Source: Methylophaga sp. (GTDB taxonomy: Bacteria; Pseudomonadota; Gammaproteobacteria; Nitrosococcales; Methylophagaceae). From it: 56,759 bases of DNA. Shown here one piece after another: positions 18,136 through 28,679 of the stretch. A program made the position numbers and the translations under genes. Numbering within the stretch: the stretch's first letter is position 1; every line of letters begins with the position of its first letter. The notes below the pieces were generated by a model. That model was not told the origin of the DNA and did not search any database. It saw nothing but the letters and a program-made list of their open reading frames with translations. The stretch is from NCBI GenBank assembly GCA_041612215.1, contig JBFJJO010000001.1:1-56759 (forward strand), given 5' to 3'.

Positions 18136-19377
18136 TTAAACATAGAAATCCAATGATTCCTGATGTTTCAATAAATCTCGCATGGTTTCGGGGTTTTCAC
18201 CAAAAAAGTATACCAAACCCCAGTGCGTGCCGAAGGCGGTCCGCTTAGTCACGGTCTCTTCGAGTGGGGCGTTGAGTTCGTGAAAATCAAAGTATGGATG
18301 ATCTTCAGTTTCCTGCGGAATTTCCAGACGGCTGACCACGCGGCGACGTGGGTAAACACCGAAACAACCAGCATGACCTTTGGCATCGACAACTTCGGTG
18401 GGGAAGAAGTCAGCGATTTCCTGCTCGGTGGTTTTCGGATCAAATGCCAGGATCAACCCTTGATAAGCATTAAAGCCATACGCCCGTTCCAGCAACTCAA
18501 AGACTTTAAAACCAGGCGGCCGATAAGCTACTTCTCCAAAGTACATTTCACCATCGCTGGTGACAAAGTATTCGGGATGCACAAAGCCAAATTCAATATC
18601 AAAGGTTTTGATCAGTTTTTCAATCTGTTCAACAATTTGTGGCCGATATTGCTCTAACTCTGGGGTTGCCGGTACAAATACCGAGTAACCCAGTGTCACA
18701 TATTCAGAAATATTCAAAAACTGAATTTTACCGTTATGAACCCAGGCTTCGACAGCAAACTCCCACCCGTCTAAGTGCGATTCCATTAATACCGGGAATT
18801 CTTCGTCGGGGATCATATCGACTTCATCCGGCGTTCGGATCACCCGATGACCTAGACAACCAGCTTTATCAAACGCTTTTAAATGAATGGGATCGTTGGG
18901 ATCACCATCCAGCTTTAACAAGGTTTGGTTGACCCGTTTTAAAAAGCGCACCACATCATCTTTATCGTGGGCTTCTTCAAAAATACCGACGCGAATACCA
19001 CCCAGCTGGGCACGTCGCTTCATTAAGGCCTTATCACGTAATAACAGTGACTGACCAAATAACCGTGGATTATCCAGTAATACCGAATTAATCGCCCCGG
19101 CCCACTCAACCGTTTCTTCAAACAACGGAATAGCAACATCAACGCCCCGTTCTTGTAATGTCTGGGCAATTTCTAATGATCGGTCATTAAGTCGTTCAAA
19201 ATTCCATGGGATATAGGGAATATCGTGTTCCGTGCAATAAGCTTCTGCCCAATCCGGTGCAACGACGACATATCGCCGGTCAAATGATGCTGCTGCTTCT
19301 ATAGCTGCCAGACTCCAACCCAGAAATGCGACGTAGCCTTTATCTGCATTAAATGTTGCACCTTGTGTTTCTGCCAT
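18136..19377 (-). CDS. ATP-grasp carboxylate-amine ligase (L-amino-acid-ligase-like)
   Basis: RDKALMK, PIHLKAFDKAG, MESHLDGWEFAVE, HPEYF, FGEVAYRPPG. Confidence 0.88.
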   Translation of the reverse strand: MAETQGATFNADKGYVAFLGWSLAAIEAAASFDRRYVVVAPDWAEAYCTEHDIPYIPWNFERLNDRSLEIAQTLQERGVDVAIPLFEETVEWAGAINSVLLDNPRLFGQSLLLRDKALMKRRAQLGGIRVGIFEEAHDKDDVVRFLKRVNQTLLKLDGDPNDPIHLKAFDKAGCLGHRVIRTPDEVDMIPDEEFPVLMESHLDGWEFAVEAWVHNGKIQFLNISEYVTLGYSVFVPATPELEQYRPQIVEQIEKLIKTFDIEFGFVHPEYFVTSDGEMYFGEVAYRPPGFKVFELLERAYGFNAYQGLILAFDPKTTEQEIADFFPTEVVDAKGHAGCFGVYPRRRVVSRLEIPQETEDHPYFDFHELNAPLEETVTKRTAFGTHWGLVYFFGENPETMRDLLKHQESLDFYV

Positions 19378-19563
19378 TATTTAAACCTCGATTTTTATAA
19401 AACAAAACAATAACTTAACTTTTATAGCCGAAGGTTTAAACCGCAGCAGCGTTTAATTTAACGCAACTTGCTCAGCATCGGCAGTTATGCCAACCCCTGA
19501 GCTAATTTGGAATTTATTTGGATTTTTACACTCAACCAGCATGGTGAATAGATTGTGCGCAAT

Positions 19564-19598
19564 AAAAAAGGCGCAGTACCCAAGGCACTGCGCCCTTT
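19564..19598 (-). terminator. Intrinsic terminator downstream of the molybdopterin oxidoreductase gene
   Basis: Stem GGCGCAGT/ACTGCGCC preceded by an A6 tract on + (U tract on -). Confidence 0.8.
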
Positions 19599-19615
19599 GA
19601 AAATGGACTGTATTC

Positions 19616-21736
19616 CTAGGCCAGTTCTACCTGCACCAGATTGTCGGTAAAGGTCGGGGCGTTGCCCATATCAACCAGCTCTGCTGAACTGACACAATTC
19701 ACCGTGCCTTTATTTAACTGTCGCCAATACCCCAATGTGGCGACCACCAAACCGGAATTGACATCATCTGTTATTTGCGCAACACCTTCAAAGGCACCGC
19801 GATCATTAAAGACCCTTACCTTGTCACCATTTTGCACGTTACGCAGATCGGCATCACGGGCATTAATCAACACAAACTGCTCGCCCTGGACTTTCAGTTT
19901 CGTTTCCATATTGGCGTAGCTGGAATTAATAAAGCCATGACTTTTTGGCGAAATAATATTCAGCGGATAGCGTTCGGCAAGTTTTGGATTGGTCTGTGGT
20001 GTTTCTCTGGAGGCCACATAATCCGGTAGGCTATCAAGCGCCTCACCCGGCTGAAAGCCTTCGTACATTTGCCTGAACGGACCTGCGACAAAATTGGTTG
20101 CGCCCTCCACCTGAAAATGACACTTACCCGTCGGGGTCGGGAAATTGCCATTTTTATGCGGCGCCCGATCATCACGCGTTCCCACATTCAGACGCGCATA
20201 ACCATGCTGTCGTAAATACTCAAGATCGATGCCTTCACAAGCCGGCGCATCCCAATCAACATAATTTTCCAGACATTCGCTGTCTGACCATTTGAAATTG
20301 TCTTCGGTAAAGCCCATACGTTCAGCCAGACGACGGAAGATGTCCTGATTCGGGATGGCTTCACCGGGGGCTTCAACACATTTTTCGTTATAGGTCAGAT
20401 ATAAGTGACCCCACGACAAAATCATATCTTCATGCTCTGCGCCCATGGTGGCCGGCAAAACGATATCGGCATAAGATGCAGTATCTGACAGGAAATGCTC
20501 AGCCGATACCAAAAACAAATCATCACGCATTAAGCCTTCAACAATTTTGTCGGTTTCAGCAGCTTGCGTGACCGGGTTGGCATTCCAGCACATCATAGAT
20601 TTGATAGGAACTTTCAGATCCATTTCACCGGTCAGGGCCCGGCCGATTTGAATGGCGTTAACCACTTGTGTGCCTTCCGGGATAAGATCCGGCCGGCAAA
20701 TCACATCAAACTTGTAGGGATGCTCCCAAACCGGGAATTGCAACGCACCGCCGCCAACATGGCGCCAGGCACCGGTCAAAGCCGGCAAGCAGGTAATGGC
20801 GCGAATTGCCTGACCACCGCCGTAATTACGTTCCAGTGCGACACCAAGACGAATCGCAGCGGGCTGTGTGGTGGCAAATTCCATGGCAAATTTACGAATA
20901 TCTTCCGCTGAAACACCGGTGATTTCTGCCGCCCATTCAGGCGTGCGGGTTTTCACCCGTTCCGCCAGCGCAGCATAACCTTCTGTGTAATTTTCGATAT
21001 AGTCAGTATCGTGCAGACCTTGTTCAATAATGGTGTGCATCATCGCCATCGCCAGCGCGCCATCAGTACCGGGCCGCGGCGCAATATGCCAGTCAGCTTC
21101 TTTGGCCGTGCGTGACTTATAAGGATCAATAACTACCAATTTGGCACCACGTTTTTGCGCCTCTTTGACGATATGCCAGTGATGTAAATTGGTACTGACT
21201 GAGTTACAACCCCAAAGCACAATGTATTTAGAATGAATAAAACTTTCTGGATCAACACCAGCCGTTGGACCAACGGTTAATAACCAGGCAGTGCAGGATC
21301 CTTCACCACAAAATGTTCGCTCACAAACAGTTGCACCCAACTTATTAAAGAAAGCATCGGCACCATTCAGTCCATGCACCAACCCCTGATTGCCAAGGTA
21401 GCTGTAGGGTATAATTGCCTGTGGACCATGCTCTTCGATAATCGCTTGCCATCGTGATGTGATTTCATCAAGTGCTTCATCCCAGCTGATCCGCTCAAAT
21501 TGTCCGCTGCCCTTAGGTCCAACGCGGCGCATGGGATGCAACAAACGATCGGGATGATAGTGGCGCTGTTCATAATCTTTCAGCTTGACGCAGAGACCAC
21601 CGCGAGTCATGGGGTGCTCAGCATTGCCTTTAACGCTAAGTAGTTTGCCGTTCTCGACGGTGTAAACCATCGAGCAGGTGTCGGGGCAGTCATGCGGGCA
21701 ACCGCCATGGTGAGTGGTCTTCAATACACTGGCCAT
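19616..21736 (-). CDS. Molybdopterin (bis-MGD) oxidoreductase, single catalytic subunit, substrate unknown
   Basis: N-terminal CPHDCPDTC...GGLC 4Fe-4S motif, RISWDEALD, PGTDGALA, TASYADIVLPA, C-terminal molybdopterin-binding domain. No Tat signal seen. Confidence 0.9.
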   Translation of the reverse strand: MASVLKTTHHGGCPHDCPDTCSMVYTVENGKLLSVKGNAEHPMTRGGLCVKLKDYEQRHYHPDRLLHPMRRVGPKGSGQFERISWDEALDEITSRWQAIIEEHGPQAIIPYSYLGNQGLVHGLNGADAFFNKLGATVCERTFCGEGSCTAWLLTVGPTAGVDPESFIHSKYIVLWGCNSVSTNLHHWHIVKEAQKRGAKLVVIDPYKSRTAKEADWHIAPRPGTDGALAMAMMHTIIEQGLHDTDYIENYTEGYAALAERVKTRTPEWAAEITGVSAEDIRKFAMEFATTQPAAIRLGVALERNYGGGQAIRAITCLPALTGAWRHVGGGALQFPVWEHPYKFDVICRPDLIPEGTQVVNAIQIGRALTGEMDLKVPIKSMMCWNANPVTQAAETDKIVEGLMRDDLFLVSAEHFLSDTASYADIVLPATMGAEHEDMILSWGHLYLTYNEKCVEAPGEAIPNQDIFRRLAERMGFTEDNFKWSDSECLENYVDWDAPACEGIDLEYLRQHGYARLNVGTRDDRAPHKNGNFPTPTGKCHFQVEGATNFVAGPFRQMYEGFQPGEALDSLPDYVASRETPQTNPKLAERYPLNIISPKSHGFINSSYANMETKLKVQGEQFVLINARDADLRNVQNGDKVRVFNDRGAFEGVAQITDDVNSGLVVATLGYWRQLNKGTVNCVSSAELVDMGNAPTFTDNLVQVELA

Positions 21737-21813
21737 TTTTCACTCCTAAGGTATTTAAGAATTCTTTATTTTTTTCGACTATACACCAGCCGGAGACGGG
21801 AAATCTGCCCTGT

Positions 21814-22755
21814 TTATTTATCCTGTAATTCGGTATCAGTGTTGTCAGTCGTGCCTAGAAGTCTGCGAATATCAGGGAGTGCGTTTTGTACACAACTTTC
21901 ACCAGCAGCGATCGCTTCACTGGCCCGATAAAACTCCAGCAAACCGATTTTTGCCAAGCGTGGCTCCAATAAGATCTCCGGCGGATCTCCAGCCATACGG
22001 CTGCGGGTGATCCGATCCTGAGTAATGTTCACAGCAGCGGCAATAACATCCAGTAAATTAGGTATGTCGTCTTGTTTTTTATCATCATTAAATATATTGC
22101 CGGTATGATTGCTGACAAAATCAGTAACGCGACTGACTAAGCCGGTATCGTCGTCATTATCAGCAAGCGGCTTTGGCGGCGTTAAATGTTTACCAATAAT
22201 ATCGCCATTTAGATTTACGGCAATGACAATATCAGCACCCAGTGCACGGCATACTGAAACCGGTACCGGATTAACCAGTCCGCCATCGATCAACCAGCGA
22301 CCTTTTTGCTTAATTGGCGGAAACAAACCGGGCAGTGATATCGATGACCATACTGCTTCCAGCAAATTTCCCTCCGTATTCCAAACTTCACGGCCGGAAT
22401 GTAAATGCGTCGCAACCGATGCATAAGTCGCTGACAAATCGGCAATTTGCAAATCAGCATTTATATATCCTGTTAAAAAATCATGTACCCGCGATTTATT
22501 AACAAGCCCTGTAAAGCTTGCCGAGAGTTTGAAAAACCGTGCCGTATCAAGACGATCAAGCGCCAAAAGCCGATCCTCAAGTTTATCCATTCGTTCTGAT
22601 AAATAGGCCGCGCCAACCAGAGCTCCGATGGAGGTGCCGACAACGATATCTGGTTTGATACCGGCTTTAGCCAGTGCTTTGACAATACCGATATGAGCCC
22701 AGCCGCGTGCCGCACCACTGCCCAGCGCCAAACCGACTTTTAATGCTGATTGCAT
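21814..22755 (-). CDS. rssA: Patatin-like phospholipase (RssA-like)
   Basis: LGSGAARGWAHIG, GTSIG nucleophile elbow, DGG. Confidence 0.9.
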   Translation of the reverse strand: MQSALKVGLALGSGAARGWAHIGIVKALAKAGIKPDIVVGTSIGALVGAAYLSERMDKLEDRLLALDRLDTARFFKLSASFTGLVNKSRVHDFLTGYINADLQIADLSATYASVATHLHSGREVWNTEGNLLEAVWSSISLPGLFPPIKQKGRWLIDGGLVNPVPVSVCRALGADIVIAVNLNGDIIGKHLTPPKPLADNDDDTGLVSRVTDFVSNHTGNIFNDDKKQDDIPNLLDVIAAAVNITQDRITRSRMAGDPPEILLEPRLAKIGLLEFYRASEAIAAGESCVQNALPDIRRLLGTTDNTDTELQDK

Positions 22756-22896
22756 ACATCCACCTTTCTACATATGACCTGAGTTTACCGGTGACCCCGG
22801 CTAACCACCAGCCTTAATGGGTGAAGCACATAAAAATTAAAGTTATTAAAAATCAGTCCGCTACGTGTTTATATAAGCCTTATTAGAGTTGCGAGT

Positions 22897-23112
22897 ATGA
22901 TTGAAATACCGCGCGTATACCGACACAGTTACAGCTATGCACCGCCTAACAGCAGTGTGCGTCAGCCCGAAACCCTGACCACGGATAGTCCGTGGGTCAT
23001 CAATGAAGATCGGCGGCGTCGACGTGATCGGCGTAAGAGAAAACAAAAACCCATGATTGAACGCCGGGTGGCTGCTGAACGGCGTGGTCCGATTTTCGAG
23101 GCTGAAGCTTAA
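22897..23112 (+). CDS. Small Arg-rich hypothetical protein with DRR/ERR repeats
   Basis: 71-aa ATG ORF filling the gap between rssA and rnj, containing EDRRRRRDRRKRK...ERRVAAERR. Confidence 0.6.
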   Translation: MIEIPRVYRHSYSYAPPNSSVRQPETLTTDSPWVINEDRRRRRDRRKRKQKPMIERRVAAERRGPIFEAEA

Positions 23113-24485
23113 TAAACTTTAACCAGTTTGCCACCAGGTTTTAATCCCAGCCGACCGGTTTTTACTGCATGTCTTCTGATACCGATCGCTGGTGCGATGT
23201 AAAACATATCGCCATTCTGTCCAACCAGTTGCTGGCGTATACCAACCGCTTTGGCAATATTGGCATTGGCTTTCATATGCATCATTTCTCCATGAACCGG
23301 AATCGCACAGTCCGGTTGCACCCATTGATACATAGCTTTTAGTTCATCCGATGCCGGATGCCCTGAAGCATGAATCGGTAAGGCGCTGTTGTTTTCATCA
23401 ATAACATCGATCTGCATGGCTTTAAGACGTTCAGTCAGCGCGTCTATTGCCTGCTCATTACCCGGAATCACTTTTGAGCTGAAAATAACTGTATCGCCGG
23501 GTTCTAATTGCAGATCCCGAAAGCTATTTAAACTGAGACGATTGAGTGCCGTACGCGGCTCACCCTGACTGCCGGTCGCGATAAGTAAAACGGTGTGTTT
23601 TGGCAAGTAGGCAAGGTGCGCCGGATCAACAAGCGTTTCAGTGCCATTCCAAAAACCTGTGGCTTTGGCTGCTGACAAGGTATTCAGCAAGGAACGACCT
23701 AACAGTCCCACATGCCGGCCAGTTTGTTGGGCAATATTGGCCAGCGTATGCAGGCGGGCAATATTACTGCCAAAACAAGTTACCACTACTCTGCCTTTGG
23801 CTTGTTCAATATGTTTGAGTAAGCCCTTATGCAAACTGGCCTCGGTTGCCGACCAGCCCTGAACATTGGCATTGGTAGAATCACAAACCATCGCATTGAC
23901 TTCAGCTTTGGCCAGATCCTGAAAATCGGCAGCGTTATAAGGCAAACCCAGCACTGGCGCTTTATCAAGCTTCCAGTCAGCCGTATGAAATACCTTACCA
24001 ACCGGCGTGCTAATCAATAAGGCAAATGGCTCCGGAATAGAATGCGTCAGTCGTAACCAACGCAATTCAAATACACCAATCTGCCGTTTTTCAGCGGGAT
24101 CGACAATAATCAGCGGTACTTGATCCAAAAGATTGGCTTCAGCCAATTTGCGACGCAAAATTTCAGCGGTAAACGCTGTGGTGTAAACAGGACATTTCAG
24201 CTGTGGCCACAAATAAGCGACCGCGCCAACATGATCTTCATGGGCATGGGTAATCACTAAACCATCCAACAGCTGATGACGTTCTGATATAAATTGCGGA
24301 TCAGCCATCTGTACATGCGCGTGCGAAGCTAGAGGCAGACCGTCGATATCAGTTTCAGGTTCAAATGTGACGCCACAGTCAACCATTAACCAGCGGCCGT
24401 TGTGACCATACAGATTCAAATTCATACCAATTTCCCCGCAGCCACCTAAAGGCAAAAACCATAAATCATCGCTGCCGGGGGTCAC
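23109..24485 (-). CDS. rnj: Ribonuclease J (metallo-beta-lactamase/beta-CASP)
   Basis: PLGGCGEIGMN, THAHEDHVG, HSIPE, HTADWK, TGSQGEP, HASGH, PVHGE. Confidence 0.93.
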   Translation of the reverse strand: MTPGSDDLWFLPLGGCGEIGMNLNLYGHNGRWLMVDCGVTFEPETDIDGLPLASHAHVQMADPQFISERHQLLDGLVITHAHEDHVGAVAYLWPQLKCPVYTTAFTAEILRRKLAEANLLDQVPLIIVDPAEKRQIGVFELRWLRLTHSIPEPFALLISTPVGKVFHTADWKLDKAPVLGLPYNAADFQDLAKAEVNAMVCDSTNANVQGWSATEASLHKGLLKHIEQAKGRVVVTCFGSNIARLHTLANIAQQTGRHVGLLGRSLLNTLSAAKATGFWNGTETLVDPAHLAYLPKHTVLLIATGSQGEPRTALNRLSLNSFRDLQLEPGDTVIFSSKVIPGNEQAIDALTERLKAMQIDVIDENNSALPIHASGHPASDELKAMYQWVQPDCAIPVHGEMMHMKANANIAKAVGIRQQLVGQNGDMFYIAPAIGIRRHAVKTGRLGLKPGGKLVKVY

Positions 24486-24762
24486 GTTAAATAATACTCC
24501 TGAGGGTGAGAAACAAAGTTCAGTATAGGACTACACAAAATTTTCGCCAGTTCATTCTGCAGTCAGAAATTATTCATTTATTGGTTGACCATTTGGTTAA
24601 CTGCTGCAAATATCGGCCAGCGGTATATTGCCTTTTGAAATAGGTCAGAGCAGTCAAGAATGCTATAATGCGCGGCTGTTTTGGTTTAACTATCTGATCC
24701 CGAAAGCGATTTGTTTAAATTGAGTTTGGATAGTTAAGCCGTCCTGATAGCGGAGACGGATA

Positions 24763-25041
24763 ATGAATGCAGACAACTTTGTCGCTGAAGGCTTAAATCT
24801 CATGTTAATTGGCATGGGCTTTGTGTTCATATTTTTGACCTTGCTGGTGTTGGCGACAGCCTTAATGTCGCGGGTAATCACCTTTTATGAAAAACGCGTG
24901 GGCATGCTGCCAGCTGAAGGCATTCCTGCGCCTACCGCTGTGCTGGGTATTTCTTCTGAACCCAGCAGCGCTGCCAAAGACGCCAACCTCATCAGCGTCT
25001 TATCCGGTGCCATTCACCGTTATCGCGCCAAGCATAAATAA
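24763..25041 (+). CDS. oadG: Na+-transporting oxaloacetate decarboxylase gamma subunit
   Basis: GMGFVFIFLTLLV transmembrane helix, C-terminal AIHRYR, position upstream of oadA. Confidence 0.92.
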   Translation: MNADNFVAEGLNLMLIGMGFVFIFLTLLVLATALMSRVITFYEKRVGMLPAEGIPAPTAVLGISSEPSSAAKDANLISVLSGAIHRYRAKHK

Positions 25042-25079
25042 TGCTTTCGCTGTCACTGAATTTTGTTTAAGGCCCCGTC

Positions 25080-26852
25080 ATGACTGATAAAAAGCAAGCT
25101 CTGGGAATCACTGATGTCGTACTGCGCGACGCTCATCAATCTTTATTTGCCACCCGGCTACGGCTGGACGATATGCTGCCAATTGCCGATAAGCTCGATC
25201 AAGTCGGTTTCTGGTCAGTGGAAAGCTGGGGCGGCGCCACATTCGATGCCTGTATCCGCTATTTAGGTGAAGATCCCTGGCATCGTATCCGCAGTTTAAA
25301 AGCCGCCATGCCCAACACCCGGCAACAAATGTTACTGCGTGGTCAGAATCTGCTCGGTTACCGCCATTATGCCGATGATGTGGTTGCTAAATTTGTCGAA
25401 CGCGCAGCTGTAAACGGCGTCGATGTGTTCCGTGTTTTTGATGCCATGAACGATCCACGCAATCTGGAAGTTGCCATCAAGGCGGTCCTGGAAACCGGTA
25501 AGCATGCACAAGGCACCATGGCTTACACCATCAGCCCTGTGCATGATTTGCAAATGTGGCTGGATATGGCCAAACGCATCGAAGAAATGGGCGCTGATTC
25601 TTTAGCCATCAAAGATATGGCCGGTTTGTTAACGCCTTATAAGGCATATGAACTGGTAACCAGTCTCAAAGAAACCATCTCGATACCCATTCACATGCAG
25701 TCTCATGCCACTACGGGTTTATCGACCGCCACTATTATGAAATGTGTTGAAGCCGGCATTGATAATGTCGACAGCGCCATTTCGTCAATGTCGATGACTT
25801 ATGGCCATTCAGCCACCGAATCTGTCGTTGCAATTTTCAAAGACACTGATCGTGATACCGGGCTGAATATCGAATTACTGGAAGAAATTGCCACTTATTT
25901 CCGTGAAGTGCGTAAAAAATACGCTGCCTTTGAAGGCTCCCTGCGCGGTGTTGATGCCCGCATTTTGGTGGCACAGGTTCCGGGCGGCATGCTGACCAAT
26001 ATGGAAAGCCAACTACGCGAACAAAATGCACTGGACCGTATGGATGAAGTGTTGAAAGAAATTCCCCGGGTGCGTGAAGATCTGGGCTTTATCCCTCTGG
26101 TCACACCTACCTCGCAAATTGTTGGTACTCAGGCGGTCATTAATGTGCTGACCGGTGAGCGTTATAAAACCATTACCGAAGAAACCCAGGCCCTGTTGCG
26201 GGGTGAATACGGCGCTGCACCTGCACCGTTCAATAAAGAATTGCAGGATCGGGTTCTGGAAGGTGCACAACCGATAACTTGCCGACCAGCTGACAAACTG
26301 GAGCCGGAACTCGAAGCCTTAACTGCCGAGCTGGAGAAGCTGGCTGATGAAGACAGCTTTGAACTCGCCGAGGGTGAGCAAAAAATTGACGATGTACTGA
26401 CCTATGCCCTCTTCCATCAAACTGCACTGAAATTCCTCAAGAACCGCGATAATCCAGACGCCTTCGAACCGGTACCGACATTACAGTCAGCCGCTGCGGC
26501 TTCGGCCAAAAAATCAGGTGCGGCCGGTCCGGAAACCTACACGATAAATGTCAATGGCGAACAATATGTCGTTGAAGTTAACGAAGGTGGCGATATTAGT
26601 CAGGTCGCCAATAAACCCCAAGCAGCACCGGTGGGTGAAGGTGAACCGGTTAAAGCACCACTGTCAGGCAATATCTGGAAAGTGATGGTCTCTACCGGCC
26701 AGAAAGTTGACGAAGGTGATGTGCTATTGATTTTGGAAGCCATGAAAATGGAAACTCAAATCGTTGCTGAAAAAGCCGGCACCGTCGCAGGTGTTTTTGT
26801 TAAACCAGGCGATACCACCAAAGTTGGTAACGTTCTAGTAACTATCGCTTAA
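25080..26852 (+). CDS. oadA: Oxaloacetate decarboxylase alpha subunit
   Basis: [38 protein letters not shown], biotinyl site EAMKME. Confidence 0.97.
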   Translation: MTDKKQALGITDVVLRDAHQSLFATRLRLDDMLPIADKLDQVGFWSVESWGGATFDACIRYLGEDPWHRIRSLKAAMPNTRQQMLLRGQNLLGYRHYADDVVAKFVERAAVNGVDVFRVFDAMNDPRNLEVAIKAVLETGKHAQGTMAYTISPVHDLQMWLDMAKRIEEMGADSLAIKDMAGLLTPYKAYELVTSLKETISIPIHMQSHATTGLSTATIMKCVEAGIDNVDSAISSMSMTYGHSATESVVAIFKDTDRDTGLNIELLEEIATYFREVRKKYAAFEGSLRGVDARILVAQVPGGMLTNMESQLREQNALDRMDEVLKEIPRVREDLGFIPLVTPTSQIVGTQAVINVLTGERYKTITEETQALLRGEYGAAPAPFNKELQDRVLEGAQPITCRPADKLEPELEALTAELEKLADEDSFELAEGEQKIDDVLTYALFHQTALKFLKNRDNPDAFEPVPTLQSAAAASAKKSGAAGPETYTINVNGEQYVVEVNEGGDISQVANKPQAAPVGEGEPVKAPLSGNIWKVMVSTGQKVDEGDVLLILEAMKMETQIVAEKAGTVAGVFVKPGDTTKVGNVLVTIA

Positions 26853-26861
26853 AGGCTAGAC

Positions 26862-28001
26862 ATGGATAAATTACAACTACTCTGGGATGCCACGGGCCTG
26901 CATCAAATGCAAGCTGGACAAGGTGTGATGATCTTGATCGGCATGTTGTTGCTGTATCTGGCCATCAAGAAAAACTTTGAGCCGTTATTGTTGGTACCGA
27001 TTGGCTTTGGTGGTGTTTTAGCCAATATTCCCGGTGCGGGCCTTGCTGAGGTCGGCGGTATTCTGCATATTTTTTATACCGTTGGTATTGAGAGTGGCGC
27101 CTTTCCGCTGATCATCTTTATGGGTGTTGGCGCCATGACCGACTTTGGCCCGCTGTTGGCCAATCCAAAAACACTATTTTTGGGTGCTGCTGCACAGTTC
27201 GGTATTTTTGCGACATTAATGGGCGCGGTATTACTGTCAGCCTTTGGCGTTTTTGATTTCAGTCTGGCTGATGCTGCAGCTATCGGTATTATTGGTGGTG
27301 CTGATGGTCCGACATCTATCTATGTCGCCAGTAAATTAGCCCCCGATTTGCTCGGCGCCATTGCCGTTGCCTCCTATTCTTACATGGCACTAGTACCGTT
27401 AATTCAACCGCCTATCATGCGGGCGTTGACCACCGAAAAAGAACGCAAAATCCGCATGCACCAGCAGCGCGAAGTCTCACAACGGGAAAAAATTGTTTTC
27501 CCGTTGTTATTGTTGATTCTGGTGGCATTCATTCTGCCGGATGCGGCGCCGCTGTTAGGTATGTTCTGTTTCGGCAATCTGATGAAAGAATGTGCTGTCG
27601 TTGACCGGTTAAGCAACACCACACAGAATTCCCTGATCAATACCGTTACGATTTTCTTAGGTTTAGCGGTCGGCTCGAAACTCAACGCCGAGTCGTTTTT
27701 AAATCCAACGACTCTGGGTATTTTATTGCTGGGTATGGTGGCCTTTTCTATCGGTACCGCGTCTGGTGTGATTATGGCAAAAATTTTGAATAAATTAATC
27801 AAAGAACCGATTAACCCATTGATTGGTTCAGCTGGTGTGTCTGCCGTACCGATGGCTGCACGCGTATCGAATAAGTTAGGTCTGGAAGCCGATAAACATA
27901 ACTTCCTGCTGATGCATGCGATGGGACCGAATGTGGCCGGTGTTATCGGCTCTGCAGTAGCGGCAGGTATTCTGATTAATTACGCATCAAGCGCCATTTA
28001 G
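26862..28001 (+). CDS. oadB: Oxaloacetate decarboxylase beta subunit
   Basis: [46 protein letters not shown]. Confidence 0.97.
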   Translation: MDKLQLLWDATGLHQMQAGQGVMILIGMLLLYLAIKKNFEPLLLVPIGFGGVLANIPGAGLAEVGGILHIFYTVGIESGAFPLIIFMGVGAMTDFGPLLANPKTLFLGAAAQFGIFATLMGAVLLSAFGVFDFSLADAAAIGIIGGADGPTSIYVASKLAPDLLGAIAVASYSYMALVPLIQPPIMRALTTEKERKIRMHQQREVSQREKIVFPLLLLILVAFILPDAAPLLGMFCFGNLMKECAVVDRLSNTTQNSLINTVTIFLGLAVGSKLNAESFLNPTTLGILLLGMVAFSIGTASGVIMAKILNKLIKEPINPLIGSAGVSAVPMAARVSNKLGLEADKHNFLLMHAMGPNVAGVIGSAVAAGILINYASSAI

Positions 28002-28019
28002 GCATATCACAGACACATC

Positions 28020-28331
28020 TCAGGGTGTGTCTGTACCTTTAATTATTCGGGCGGATGACATTTTTTTTCCCAAGCCTTTGATGTCACAACTAAATCCGGC
28101 AAATGATGCCCGGGAAATAATCCGCAAATGCCACTTATCAGCATCAGCTGATGGTTTTTCGTGCCATTTCAGAAAATATTGATCAGCTTTGGCAATAATG
28201 TCTTCTGCGGGCATACCAATGGTTAATCCATCACACAACTTTTCAACTTTGTCCGTTTCCCACAAATAAAAGAACGGATAAATTAATACCGCAATAATCA
28301 ATAGTTGCATAACAGTAACAATAAATTTCAT
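28020..28331 (-). CDS. Hypothetical protein with N-terminal membrane anchor
   Basis: ATG ORF with a hydrophobic N-terminus and two Cys. Fills the gap after oadB. Confidence 0.6.
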   Translation of the reverse strand: MKFIVTVMQLLIIAVLIYPFFYLWETDKVEKLCDGLTIGMPAEDIIAKADQYFLKWHEKPSADADKWHLRIISRASFAGFSCDIKGLGKKMSSARIIKGTDTP

Positions 28332-28424
28332 AGCCAGTCCTTTGATAATAAAATGATTATGCGCTTATCTTTATTTAAAAAAATAGCTGCCATTTGGCAT
28401 TTTTCCTGATCTAAGGTGTCGTCA

Positions 28425-28646
28425 ATGACCGAATCCATTACTGAAGTAACACTGCTCAGCAGCCCGGTGGCTTTATTTAAAGTCTTGAAGTTTGAAGGAC
28501 TCGCCAGCAGTGGTGCCGAAGCTAAGCAGCTAGTTGCTGATGGCCATGTCAAAGTAAACGGTGAAATTGAGACCCGTAAAGCCCGCAAGCTGGTTGCCGG
28601 TGATCAAATCCAGCTCGGGGAGCAAATTCTGACATTAATCGATTGA
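28425..28646 (+). CDS. S4-domain RNA-binding protein (YbcJ/YaaA-like)
   Basis: LFKVLKFEGLASSGAEAK...VKVNGEIETRKARKL. Confidence 0.9.
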   Translation: MTESITEVTLLSSPVALFKVLKFEGLASSGAEAKQLVADGHVKVNGEIETRKARKLVAGDQIQLGEQILTLID

Positions 28647-28679
28647 CATTCGATTTTCCATATATTTTAAGGCTCCCAA

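Noticed and set aside
21737-21813. Moco riboswitch upstream of the molybdoenzyme
   Set aside because: The gap is only 77 bp and has no recognisable motif.
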